This document shows positions 27,111-40,389 of a stretch of DNA of 64,000 nt, in pieces (the stretch's first letter is position 1; each line of letters opens with the position of its first letter). This stretch comes from Octopus sinensis (Eukaryota), in the NCBI RefSeq assembly GCF_006345805.1, contig NC_042999.1:110608001-110672000 (forward strand). The letters run 5' to 3'. Position numbers and translations under genes: made by a program. Below the pieces are notes generated by a model that had not been told where the DNA came from, ran no database searches, and saw only the letters and a program-made list of their open reading frames with translations.

Positions 27111-27494
27111 GCAGTGTATATATATATAGAGAGAGAGTATGATTTATTCGTGATCAGAATCGTTTAAAAACTGAGGTACTACTGTGTATATATATATATG
27201 TATATATGTAGTAAATATAGATGTAGTAAATATTTATATCTATAATGAATACTTATGTTTGTAAGCATATACATGTGCATATCTATGCATATATAAAATT
27301 ATACGTTTTAATATTTTTATCAGATATTTGAAATTTATATTTATTTAAAATATATCTGTATGTGAATATGTAAATATATTTATATATGTATCTATATACT
27401 CGTGTGTGTGTATGTATATATATATATATAATATATATATATATATATAAAGATATATGTATATATATATATGTATATATATATATTATGTATG

Positions 27495-27533
<39 letters not shown>

Positions 27534-27592
27534 TATATATAATATATATATATATATTTATATATGTATATATATATATATTATGTATGTTC

Positions 27593-27625
<33 letters not shown>

Positions 27626-27629
27626 TATT

Positions 27630-27682
<53 letters not shown>

Positions 27683-27700
27683 CATACACATGCATAAATA
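27110..27700. repeat. Long (TA)n-rich field
   Basis: Directly visible. Confidence 0.95.
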
Positions 27701-28116
27701 TGGCCATTAATTCACAAAGACAGCTCATAATAGATAGAGCTTGGATGGCCGATTAGGAGTCTAGCTGAAAAGGGACACTAAGAAAATAGTAAAGGAACAG
27801 TGGCAAGCAAAGGACAAGGAAGGGTATAGAAAACAGCTAATGCTTATTGTTATCTTGATAAACAAATATATGGATATATTGAAAAAAATCCTCAATAAAT
27901 GTAGAAAGCTGCATAAAAGAATTGATGAAACAATGATGAAGTATATTTTTCCTTTACACACATATGTAAATACATATGTATACCTAAATATATGTGTGGG
28001 TACATATACATACATGCACTAACACAAACACATGCATATACATTCATATGTTTATATATTATATATATATATTATATCATATCTACAAATATATATTTAA
28101 ATACATATGTATATAA

Positions 28117-28152
<36 letters not shown>

Positions 28153-28329
28153 TATATATATATATGTATACACACACACATATATATATATACATAGATG
28201 AATATGTGTGTGTATGTATGTGTATATATATATGTAAATGCAAATAAACACATAAATGTACACACACACACACACACACACACACACTCATATATACTCT
28301 CACAACCATATGTACAGCCATATACAGTG

Positions 28330-28600
28330 TGCAGCCTCGTAGAAGGCTGGTTGACTATGTTGCTAATGTAGACGATGTTCAATGAGACAAAAAAGACTAG
28401 AAAAGAGAAAAAATTGTTATGAAATGATGTGTTGCCAAATAGTTTTTTTGTCAAACAGATGAGGGGGAGCAAAGATAGTTTGCAATGGATGAGTCTAGTG
28501 AATGGAAACAGAGTCCTTGATTTCAAGGCCATCTCAAGCACCACACCATTCAGACACTACATTACTCCAGCAGGATGTATTATGGTCACTGCCATAAAGT
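28330..28600 (+). mobile_element. Highly decayed RTE-like 3' fragment
   Basis: RRLVDYVANVDD and RGSKDSLQWM loosely echo RRLRWxGHVARM and RGRPKxRWxD. Confidence 0.3.
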
Positions 28601-28928
28601 TATGAAAATGAAAACAAGAAAAACAAATAGTAAAGTATCCAGCTACAATGTATAATAAACAATAAATGTAAAGGCATGTATATATATACTTTCACATTAA
28701 TTGTTATTTATATATACATGTGTGTGTGTGTGTGTATGTGTCTGCATATGTATGTATGCATGTTGGTATGTATATATATATATATATATTAATATGCATA
28801 CCTCTCTCTCTCTCTCTCTCTACCTATATATATATGCACACATACATGCAAATATATACATATATATGTGCACACACCCAATACTCTATAACTGTATATA
28901 TATACATATATATATGTGTGTGTGTGTG

Positions 28929-28968
<40 letters not shown>

Positions 28969-29027
28969 TACGTTATAGTATGTATGTATCTATTACTTTC
29001 TCTCTCTTTTTCTGTCTTGTTATATAT

Positions 29028-29062
<35 letters not shown>

Positions 29063-29610
29063 TATATATGTGTATGCAGGAGTGTCTAGAGTGCAGCACA
29101 GTATAAGCATCCATTGGTGTGGCGCAAGTGCAGGTCGGCAGGTTGTAATGGCATCTTTATAAGGTTAATCTTTTATTGTCATTTGTCCTTTCAGTTCCCA
29201 CTAAACGTTGAATCAGTGCACACAGTTTGCAGTTGAAATACTTTTCAAGAATGGTAAATTTAGAGGCTTTTTTTGCAGCACCGTTTATGTATGTCTTACA
29301 TGTGGAAATTTGAATTAGTATTTATATGTTTCCTTTTTAACATTTCTTCCTCCCCCCCCTCTGCATCCTCCTCCTCTGCCTACTCCTTTGCCTCCTCCTT
29401 CGCCTCCTCCTCTGCCTCCCCCTCCGCCTCCTCCCCATCCTTCCCCACTCTCCCCTCCATCCCTCCATCCTCTTCCTCCTCCTCCTCCTCCTCCTCCTCC
29501 CCTTCGTCCAGGAAATCATATCTAGTATTAGAAACTGTGCAAAGGCAATAATGATAATATTAATAATAGTAATAATAATAATAATAATAATGATAATAAT
29601 AATAACAATA

Positions 29611-29650
<40 letters not shown>

Positions 29651-29652
<2 letters not shown>

Positions 29653-29800
29653 TCGAAAAATATCTTAGGAATGAGAGCTCAGGTTTGAAATTTCCCCAGT
29701 ACACCTGATGAAGGCTGGAGTATATCAGCCAAAAAGTTTTGTTAACTACAAACAAGATGAGGACAAATATCTGTCAAATGTAAATAATGTAAATAATATA
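29651..29800 (+). mobile_element. PLE-type terminal repeat fragment with hammerhead relic
   Basis: ACAC-CTGATGA-A-GGCTG-gagtatat-CAGCC-AAAAA-GTT-TTGT; abuts (TAA)n. Confidence 0.6.
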
Positions 29801-29859
29801 AGATATTCTATTTAAAAAATTTCTTGGCAATGATGGACTATTCAGCTAGTCCATATATA

Positions 29860-30695
29860 TATCTATTTCTGTATTGCCCACAGGGAGCTAAACATAGAAG
29901 GGACAAACATGGACAGATATAGGTATTACGTCGATTACATTGACCCTAGTGCATAACTGGTACTTAATTTATTGACTCCAAAAGGATGAAAGGCAAAATC
30001 GACATCAGCAGAATTTGAACTCACAATGTAATGGCAGACAACAGATGAAATATCACTAAGCATTTCCCCCGACGTTCTAATGATTCTGCCAGCTCGCCAC
30101 CCTTAGTATATATGTATATATATGTGTGCATGTGTGTGTATCTATGCATGCATGTTATTGTGTCAATGGATACTGGTGTGTTTATGTCCCTGTAACTTAG
30201 TGGTTCGGCAAAAGAGACCAACAGAATATGTACTAGGCTTAGAAAGAATAAGTCCTGAGGGTGATTTCTTTGACTAAAACCCTTTAGGGTGGTGCTCCAG
30301 CATGGCTGCAGTCAAATGGCTGAAACAGGTAGAAGAATAAAAGAATAAAAGAATATTATGCATAACAGATTATGTTGTATCAGGTTTGGTTCAATATTTG
30401 AAATCTCAGAAATAAAATCGACATCAACTACAATAACTAAAAATATCATTTGCTACTAAGATCTCAAATGTGAAATATTTCTTTTCGACTCTAGGCACAA
30501 GGCCCAAAAATTTTGAGGAGAGGGCCAGTCAATTAGGTCGACCCCAGTACGCAACTGGTATTTAATTTATCAACTCTGAAAGGATGAAAAGCAAAGTTGA
30601 CCTCAGTTGAATTTGAACTCAGAATGTAAAGACAGATAAAACACTGCTAAGCATTTCACCCAGCATGCTAATGTTTCTGCCAGCTTGCTACCTTT
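29860..30695. mobile_element. SINE cluster: A (29860-30105, -), C tail (30150-30350, +), A (30485-30695, -)
   Basis: Family motifs as above. Confidence 0.8.
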
Positions 30696-30889
30696 CAAAT
30701 GTCAAATAATAAACGTTATCTCTATATGACAGCTTCATTTACTAAAAATAGAAGACAAATCTCCTTTAAATCTCAAGCAAGTATCTTAAAAAGCAGAACA
30801 CATTGGACAATGTGGTGTTTGGATGCCCTACACATTGCTAAAAAAATGACAAAAAAATAAAAAGCGAAAATGCACAGGATGGTCATGGT

Positions 30890-31120
30890 TAGAATGTCTT
30901 TGTATCTTGTCGTCGTCGTCATCATCATCATCATCGTCGTCATCACATCATCATCACCAAAACTACTATCACTACTACCTCCAGTACCTCCATCAACAAG
31001 AACTACCACATCAACACCAACACCATCATCAACACTAATGTCACCAGTGCAGTCGTCATCATCGCTGTCATTGTCACCACCACCTCCTCCACCACCACTA
31101 CCCCCATCATCATCATCATC

Positions 31121-31166
<46 letters not shown>

Positions 31167-31173
31167 CCATCAC

Positions 31174-31215
<42 letters not shown>
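30890..31215. repeat. (CAT)n/(CAC)n trinucleotide mosaic
   Basis: Directly visible. Confidence 0.95.
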
Positions 31216-31216
<1 letters not shown>

Positions 31217-31859
31217 TCATCCTTGTCAGTTTACTATGAGTCTCCTCCCTCTCACCTATAACCAAAAGAGAGACTTTTGTTACCAGAATCTGATATAGAG
31301 AAACTATTTCCAAGATAACAAAATAATAGTTATATTTACCAAAAAAAAAAATAATAATAATAATAAATAAATAAATAAAAAGAAAAGGCCAAAAAACGAA
31401 ATCCTCTCCATCTGGAAAAATATATCTATGATAATGATAATCACTGTGGTGGTAGTTGCAGGAATGTTTATACTGAAAGTTGTGGGTTGATGGGGGGTGG
31501 GGGTATAGGGACTAAATCTTTGGAAGTTAAGTAGGAGTGATGCCATTGTTTGTTTTTGTTTCGTTATTTTGGTCTTTCTTGAACAGGAGCCCCACCTTCT
31601 CTTAATTCCTTTAATCCTCTTCAAATGCCACACCCTATATTCAATTGGAGTTTTTTTTTGTTGCTTTTTGTTTTTGGAAACTGCTTAGAATATTCTTTGA
31701 CTGCTGTCACAATATTAGAGGGATTAATTATGGTGCCAGCCAGCAACAACAACTAAAATAACACTTAATAATAACAGCGCCAACAAGGATGAGAAGGAGT
31801 CTCAATGGGGTTGCTTGAAATGCTAGATATAGCAACCAGTTTAAAATTTTCCTTGCATC

Positions 31860-32545
31860 AAGTAAAAGTAAATTATCATGGGATTGCACCTAGAAAGTTC
31901 CCCTCTGAGGCACAAGACCAGTCAAGGTCGTTTACTGAAGACCAACAGTCACCCATGCATACTAGCCTTCCCTCTCTGTGCCACCAATGTTATCCAAGGG
32001 AAAGGCAAAAACTGATACAGCTTGGCACCATTAATGTCACAATTTATTTCTACAGCTGAGTGAACTGGAACAATGTGAAATAAAGTTCTTGCTCAAGAAC
32101 ACAACACACAGCCGAGTCCAGGAACTGAACTCACTACCTCACGAGTGTGAGCCCAACATTCTAGTGACTGAGCCATGCAACTTAACACTCTGCTATTTTT
32201 CACCTGTCATTACATTCTGAGCTCAAGTTCCACTGACGTCTCAACTTTGCTTTTCATCATTTTGGGGTTGATGAAATAAGTACCATTTGAACACTAGGGT
32301 TGGTGACACTGACATCTCCATCCCTCAAAATTGTTGGCCTTGTACCAAATTAGGAAAAGATTATTAAGGCAGCAAACTGGCAGAATCATTATCATATCAG
32401 ACAAAATGCTTAGCATAATTTCTTCTGGCTCTTAATATTTCATTCTTCCAAGGTAGATAACATAAGTACCAGTTAAGCACTGAGGTCGATGTTATTGACC
32501 AGCCTCTCCACAAAAATCCCAGGCCTTGTGCCTATTGTTGAAAGG
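31860..32545. mobile_element. SINE E (31860-32185, -) and decayed SINE A copies (32200-32545, +)
   Basis: Family motifs as above. Confidence 0.75.
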
Positions 32546-32555
32546 ATTGTTGTGG

Positions 32556-32590
<35 letters not shown>

Positions 32591-32620
32591 CTTTTTCTTC
32601 TTCTTCTTCTTCTTCTTCTT

Positions 32621-32709
<89 letters not shown>

Positions 32710-32729
32710 CATCATTATTATTATTATTT

Positions 32730-34640
32730 CTTTTTATTGCAGGTTTTGTTGGAGCTCCTGGAGTTTTGCATGTGTAGCAAGCTCGCTACCTGCAGCTTAT
32801 GGTACCATGCTATCCATTCATTTCAACTAATACTTTCCTGATTATTCTAGCCATGCCAAGGAAGCAAACCTCTTGTAACAGTTCTACAGGGCACTCTATT
32901 CCAATTTCTTTTCTATCCCTCTTGATGCCTTCTGATACTGTTCCCAAGGACCCAACAATAATTGGCACTACCTTCATCTTCTTCATTTTCCATTTATCTA
33001 TTTTTTACCTTCCTTCTTGACTATTTGTGGGTCAAAGGGGCATGGAACATCAACTACATAGCACATGTGGTGCATTTTGTCAACTATCACTAGGTTCAGT
33101 CTCTTATGCTCTATCACCTGATTTGTTTGGATTAGGAATCCCAGAGGGTTTTGCTAGTCTCCAACTCCACCACTCTCTGCAGTTTGTGCTCATACCATGT
33201 CTTGCCTCTATCTCACTCTCATTTTTTGCACAGTTTCTAATGTAGCATTTTCACTATCTGATCATGTCACCACAGCTTGTAATGGTTTGGGGAAAGTCTA
33301 GGGCATTCATTCTTGGTATGGGCAATGGTTTTTGTCCACATTATTACAGATGCAGCACAGCGAAGACACTTGCTCATTCCAAAGGTTGACCCACCAGTTC
33401 TTGGCCAAAGCTTGGTCTTGCGCTGCCAGAATAGGGCTCTCAGTTTCATTTTTTAACGTTCCTTTCTTCAGCCAATCCCACCTATGTTTTCCAGCAACTT
33501 CTATTGTGGCTACATGGAATTGAATGTGTAGCCCCTTGTTGCATAATTCTTCTTCATGTCCTTTTTGTACTTCTTCCTTTGTTTACACTTTATTCTCTGC
33601 TTTCAATACTCCTTCATCCCTAACTGACACTAGCAAGGTTTCTTTACTTTGGGCTAGGTATCTCATTACGCTCTCGAGTTTGATACATGCACAGTCTTCC
33701 ATACTTATCAGTCTTCTTCCTCCATTTGCTCTCTTCATGTATAGGTGGTCAGTGTTTGCATGTGAATGATGGACTCCCTGCATTGTTAAGAGCTTTCTTG
33801 ACCTCCTGTCCATCTCCTTTAGCTCCTCCTCTGTCCACTTCAGGATTCCAGTGCCATACCAAACTGCCGAAATTATGTTTCTGGCTTTCAGCTTTGAAAC
33901 CAATATTTTGCTCTCACAGCATGTACTTTGTCTTTTTTTTCATATCATTGGATTTAATTCCATCTGCCTCAAGTATTCATAGCTGGATTGAGGTTGAACT
34001 GCCTTCATCATTTCACCACTTGGCATCCATACGCCTTCTGTCCTGACAAGCTTTCCTTGTCTCATCCCCATTGTAGTACATTTTGAGATTCCAAACCCCA
34101 TCTTAATATCATTGGAGAAAATCTGCACAGACTGTTCTAGGCTGTCCAGTTCTACCTCACTTTCTGTGTACGACTTCAAGTCATCCATGAATAGCAAGTG
34201 GTTCAGTTTTCCCTTACCTCTTTCCAGATCATACTCCATTTTTGTTTTCTTTAGTATTTAACTCAAGGGGATCATTCCCAACACAAAGGTCATTGAGGAC
34301 ACACTGTCCCCCTGGAAGAGTCCTCTCTTGATTTTCACCTCCCCTTATAACCGATTCCCTGCTGTCAATTCCATTCTCCAACATTTCATACGGTTTCTCA
34401 TGTTTTCTGTTACTCCATACATTTCCATTGTTCTTGTTATCCAGGAGTGAGGTATCATATCATATGCTTTATGGTTGTCAATCCATGCCATGCTCAGGTT
34501 TGCTTGTCTTCTCTTACAGTTCCTGATAATTAAATTGTCAATTAACAGCTGATCTTTCATTCCCTGACTCCTCTTTAGGTAACAGCCCACATTTTTCCAT
34601 GTATCTATACAGTTCATCAACCAAAGCACCTGACAAATTA
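32730..34640 (-). mobile_element. 5'-truncated R4/Dong-clade non-LTR retrotransposon (RT + RLE), degenerate
   Basis: [58 protein letters not shown]; ends ARIIRKVL, then 3' UTR with AATAAA + (TAA)n. The 5' junction is also in (TAA)n. Confidence 0.92.
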
Positions 34641-34697
34641 TTATTATTATTATTAATATTATTATTATTATTATTATTATCATTACTATTATTCTTA

Positions 34698-34743
<46 letters not shown>

Positions 34744-35289
34744 CATTATTATTATTAGTATTAAGGCAGTGAGCTGGTAGCAATGTTAGCACACCCCAGA
34801 CAAAATACTTTCTATAATGGGCCAATGCAGTAATAAAATCTTCACCTACCAATGACCTGATATATATTTTAAAAATAGAACCCACACTTTTGAATTTCTA
34901 ATTTCTTAAAATAACATGACACAGAAAACAAAAACAGAACAATAAATAAAAAGATAAATAAATAGATAAATAAATATGTACATAAATAAATAAATCAATA
35001 AATAAACAACTAAACAAATAAATATATAAAAGACACAGGAGTGCCATTGCTAGAAAGAATACCGATCAAATAGTTCTTTGATCAGCTAACTCTATCACAG
35101 CACAGAAGTGAGTTAGAAACCTTAACAACAATAACACTCCTACTTGTTCTAAACATTATATCCTTGATGTGAAATCTTGTTTCAATCATGAACACATGTT
35201 TTGAATTCTAAGTTGCAGGATGTAAAAAACCTGTTTAGATTTGAATTTCAACATAACAGATGTAAGAAATTACCAATTTGTCTAGCATT

Positions 35290-35880
35290 GTGTAACTGCA
35301 CCCGGATTTCTTTGAGAAGTAAGAGAGCCGAGTGGATAATGGACACCAGTAGCAGTCCTTTTGGCAACTCCAATATTTCTGATACATAATGAAGCAAGTT
35401 ATAATAACATGAGCCAAAAAGAGGTCACTACAAGGCAACAAGAAATAGTGACCAAATCTTCCTCAGAATCATAACTGCACCTCTTAAAAGTCAGATACAT
35501 TTCTGTCTTGTATTTATGAAGGAAATGGTGTTTGAAGCAGGAAGTACATGGTACAATCACTGGGTAGAAAGAGTACTTGAGTTGGAAATATGCAAGATTA
35601 TGTAGGATTTTCAATTCAAATAGATAAGAAAATAAAACATGACAAACTAGATATTACAGTAATAGAGAAGAAAATTTGAAGTTGCTTACTGCTTGAGCCA
35701 CCAATGTGAATAAAGCAGATGAAAAGTTGAAAAAATACAATACCCTAAAATTTGGGTTTGTGAAGATTTGGAACATGTAATCTATAAGGGTTGTACCTGT
35801 GATAATTGGTGCATTAAGAACTATGACTGATGATATAGACAAATGGATAAAAGGAGATTGGAATAGATTGCAGATTGGAA
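35290..35880 (+). mobile_element. Old RLE LINE C-terminal fragment
   Basis: WYNHWVERVLE, DKKIKHDKLDITVIEK, KYNTLKF...VVPVIIGALRT. Confidence 0.75.
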
Positions 35881-35883
35881 TGG

Positions 35884-36117
35884 GTTAAGGTGGCAAGCTG
35901 GCAGAAACGTTAGCACGCCGGGTGAAATGCTTAGCAGTATTTCGTCTGCCGCTACGTTCTGAGTTCAAATTCCGCCGAGGTTGACTTTGCCTTTCATCTT
36001 TTCGGGGTCGATTAAATAAGTACCAGTTACTGGGGTTGATATAATCAACTTAATCCATTTGTCTGTCCTTGTTTGCCTTCTCTGTGTTTAGCCCCTTGTG
36101 GGTAGTAAAGAAATAGG
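35884..36117 (+). mobile_element. Young full-length SINE family A
   Basis: AAGGTGGCAAGCTGGCAGAAACGTTAGCACGCCGGG...GAGTTCAAATTCCGCCGAGG; many CpGs retained. Confidence 0.92.
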
Positions 36118-36254
36118 ATTGTCCTGTAGAGCTTCTGATGAAGGTTTGACTTTCTACATACTATGGTAATTCATGGAAGCAGCCTGTACTAACACAGAAA
36201 CTCTCCGACAATTTTATGTTCAAATTTTCATTAGCACTTTGATATACAGACTTC

Positions 36255-36860
36255 AAAGTTTGGTACATGGCTGACAATTTCAGGGAAGGTGGTAAGTCGA
36301 TTAAATTGACCACATTGCTCAAATGGTACTTATTTTATTGACCCTGGAAGGATGAAAGGCAAAGTCAACTTTAGCAGAATTTGAGCTCAGAACACAAAAA
36401 TAGACAAAATGCCACTAAACATTTAACTTGACATGCTAACGATTCTGTCTAACATTTCTACTATAGGTACAAGGCCTGAAATTTTGAGGGAAGGGTGATA
36501 GTTGATTACATCAACTCCAGTTCTTGACTGGTACTTATTTTATTGACTCCAAAAGGATGAATGGTAAAGTCGACCTCGGTAGCATTTGAACTCAAAATGT
36601 AAAACTAGAAGAAATCTCACTAAAACATATTGGCTAGCATGCTAATGATTCTTCCAGCTCACCACTTTACACTTTGATATATTGGTTTCAAATTTTGGCA
36701 CAAGGCCAGCAGTTTACAGAGGATGGGAGTAAGTCAATTACATAAACCCCAAAAGGATAAATTGACCTTGGCAGAATTTGAACTCAGAATGTGGAGACAG
36801 ACGAAATTCCATTAAGCATTTTACTCAACATGTTAATAATTCAGCCAGCTCACCACTTTG
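36255..36860 (-). mobile_element. Three head-to-tail SINE A copies
   Basis: Units at ~36255, ~36455 and ~36680, each with GGTACTTATTT...GAAAGG..AAAGT.GAC...GAATTTGAACTC. Confidence 0.85.
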
Positions 36861-36909
36861 CACTTTGATATTTTAGCGTCACAATTATATATGTTCAAAT
36901 CACAGTTAC

Positions 36910-37138
36910 TTAACACTTTCATTACTGTATTTATTTTGAGATGTTCTGTGTTTCTTTCAATTATTTTGAATATAACAAAGAATTTAGTAAAATAACTTAG
37001 TTATCTTTAAGCTAGTGCTAGGAACATAACTTGTGACTAAGGTTTGGAAGAATATTTTAATTTTAAACTTAAGAAAACAAGACATTTGTACTACAGAGCC
37101 AGAGACGGTTTTGGCCAGGCTGGTAATGAAAGGGTTAA
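36910..37138. mobile_element. piggyBac-like MITE (TTAA ends)
   Basis: Left TTAACACTTTCATTAC; right end reverse-complements to TTAACCCTTTCATTAC (16 bp, 1 mismatch). Confidence 0.8.
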
Positions 37139-37866
37139 ATACACTGTCACTACTAAATGTATCTCAACATTAATTCAAATCCATTCTAACACTGATACTC
37201 AAAGATATGCATACATACACATACATGCAAGTATGATACACACATTCTCTCTCTCTCTCTTGCATTCTTTTTTGACTTTCTCTCTCTTGCAGTTTTCAAC
37301 TTTACAAAATGATAATGCAAATGCACTTATATATATATACCAAAATAGCTGCAAACTCTGATATCTCACTTTTAGTAAATCTAACAGAAAAAATAAAAAC
37401 AAAAAAAAAACCCACTAACACCATCTGTACCAAAACCTCCAAGCATAAGAAATACTTTTAAGGAACCAAACTTGAAGCAACAATCTAAGACTGTCAACAT
37501 AATATACCAACTAAAGATGACATGTTTTAGTATTTAGCATGGTTTGAAAACAAACTGCAAAATAAATTGTTTGATAGGTGCAGGCACAGGTGTGTGGTTA
37601 AGATGTTCATTTCAGAATTATATGATTTAGGATTCATTACCATCACATGCGCTGTGTTGGCTGATGTCTTCTTCTATAGTTGCAGGTTGATCAATGTTTT
37701 GGAAATGAAATTTGGTTGATGGAAACTGGAAGAAGCCCATTTGAATGAAAGTGTGTGCGTATCTATTTGCCTTTCTAACTGACTGTCTGTTTGTCTATCT
37801 ATCTATCTAAATATACATTTGTCATCATCATCAGGATCATCATTTAATATCCATTATCCATGCTGG

Positions 37867-37904
<38 letters not shown>

Positions 37905-38048
37905 CATGTGTATATGATTAAGAGAAATAGCCTCTATTAATAACTCTTGTTTATATTCCCTACTACTACTACTACCACTACCACTACTACTATTATTATT
38001 ACTATTATTATTACTATTATTATTACTATTATTATTACTATTATTACT

Positions 38049-38079
<31 letters not shown>

Positions 38080-38469
38080 TTTTATTTTTATGCACCCTTT
38101 TCAAGCCTAGCCAGGCTCATGGGTCCGGTTTCCTGGTTTCTGTGGTGCATCTTTTATATTGTTAGAAAAGGAAGGACAGCAAGTAGGACACTTTATTTTG
38201 GCTTTTGAAGAATGGATAAAGTTATTCTCAAACAAGGGACCCAACTTGAATGCTTGCAACAGAATGAATTTCATTAAAGGCACCCAACGTTGATGATTAA
38301 TGCATATGTGTGTATAATTGGGTGATGGATTAAGTCTACCACTCAAAATACCACAATAAACAACACAAGGTATCTAACACTGTAAAACTCCTGCCAATCC
38401 ACTGCCCTGGACTGTAGGTATATTTCATTGACCCTGGAATGATAAAAAGGAAAGTAGGCTTTGAGGAAT

Positions 38470-38990
38470 TTAACCTTTTAGCGTTTAAATCAGCCATGTC
38501 TTACCCTTATTATCCTCTTTGGCTTATGTTCAAACCTGCTGGATCTGGACTCACACCTAGCCTATAACGTCATTCTAAAATTAAACTATCATCATCATCA
38601 TCATCCTCATCATCGTTTAACGTCCGCTTTCCATGCTAGCATGGGTTGGACGATTTGACTGAGGTCTAGTGGACCAGATGGCTGCACCAGGCTCCAATCT
38701 GATCTGGCAGAATTTCTACAGCTTGATGCCCTTCCTAATGCCAACCACTCCAAGAGTGTAGTGGGTGCTTTTATGTGTCACCGATATGAGGGCCAGTCAG
38801 GCGGTACTGGCAACGGCCATGCTCAAATGGTGCTTTTTATGTGCCATCTGCACAGGAGCCAGTCCAGTGGCACTGGCAACGACCTCGCTCGAATATAATC
38901 AAAATCTCAAGGCTATGAGATAATGCAAGACTTATTCAAAACAATGTGAATAAATAAGTATTACATATAACAGATTAATCTCTAATGGTA
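38470..38990. mobile_element. TTAA-type MITE split by an RTE 3'-UTR insertion (~38588-38893)
   Basis: TTAACCTTTTAGC left end; after the insert the body resumes as in the 7470-7678 copy. Confidence 0.75.
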
Positions 38991-40389
38991 ACGGATTATA
39001 CTTTGATTGTAAAAAGCCAGAATAAACACTGCAAGGCATTTTGCTCTATATTCTAACATCTTTGCATGTTTACTATCCTGGATAGGTAAAGGTAAAAAAA
39101 GTAAAGTTACCTTCTTGTGTTATACCAAATCATAAAGATTTCCATGGCATATAAATTCCCCATCTGGACAGAATGTTGGTCCATCGCAGGATTATTCATT
39201 TTTACAAGCTGAATGGACTGGAGTAACATGAAATGAAGTGTTTGGCTCAAGAACACAATGCATCGCCCAGTCCAGAAATCGAAACCACAATCTTACGGTC
39301 TTGAGTCCAACACCCTAACTACTAAGCCATGCACGTCCACTACTGTTCTTGATACTCTATGCATGAATATAATTATTTTCTCTCTGATAAGGAGCCACTG
39401 CCAAAATATCACAGACCATCTTCTTCATTTACAGCTCACAAACTTATCAAAATTTATGAAAATCATTATAATTTTTAACAATGCAGACTCTTGTCAGTTT
39501 CCTTAGATTTTGTTGTTTTATTGAAGACAAAACGGTATGACAATGCAATAAGAGTGGAATCTCTCTTATATATGTATATATATATATGTATATATATATA
39601 TAAATATATACATATATATATGGGCTTCTTTTAGTTTCTGTCTACCAAATCCACTCACAAAGCTTTGGTCAACCTGAGACTATAGTAGAAGATATTTTCC
39701 CAAGGTGCCATGCAGTGGGAGTGAACCTGGAGCCATGTGGTTTGGAAGAGTGAAAATATAAAATGATGATGGTAGTAGTTCAAGAAAGACGATTTTGCAA
39801 TTTCTCTCTGAACATCCAACACAAATAGCTTGTTTATAGAGATCGAATGTATGCACTGTATATATGCTAATAACTCCTTTCATCAAATCTGAACAGGTGA
39901 ATAGTGTACCACATGTCAGATGTCAAAGTGATTGCAGAGCAACAGGAAATGAAGTGTTTTGCTCAAGAACACAATACATTACCTGGGCTGGAAACTGAAA
40001 ACACAAGTGCAACACCCTAACCCCGAGATCATATGCATTTGACAATTGCTCACTGTACTGAGCTATTGATGGTAATGGATAAAGAAAATTATGTTTGAGA
40101 TGACACTGAAGATTTTGTTCAACTAAAATGTATTTTAGCCAAGACATTTTGAATAATGTGTTCTTGCAAATCTTTATACAGTATAATGTAAAGGTAGATT
40201 GTATCATCACATTGTGGTAAAAGGTGACTAAAAGGGCTGATGGTGGGATGGACATCTGGCTATAAAACTTTAGCTTCAAAAGTGGAAACCTTAACAAATA
40301 AAAGACAGTCCACAAGCCCTACAACAACTATCTAACCATAAATTTTTCTGTTATTTGCTGTTTATGCCTTACCCTCATTGTTATAAATG

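Noticed and set aside
36135-36210. CTGATGA...GAAAC as a hammerhead
   Set aside because: No credible stem II or stem I pairing.
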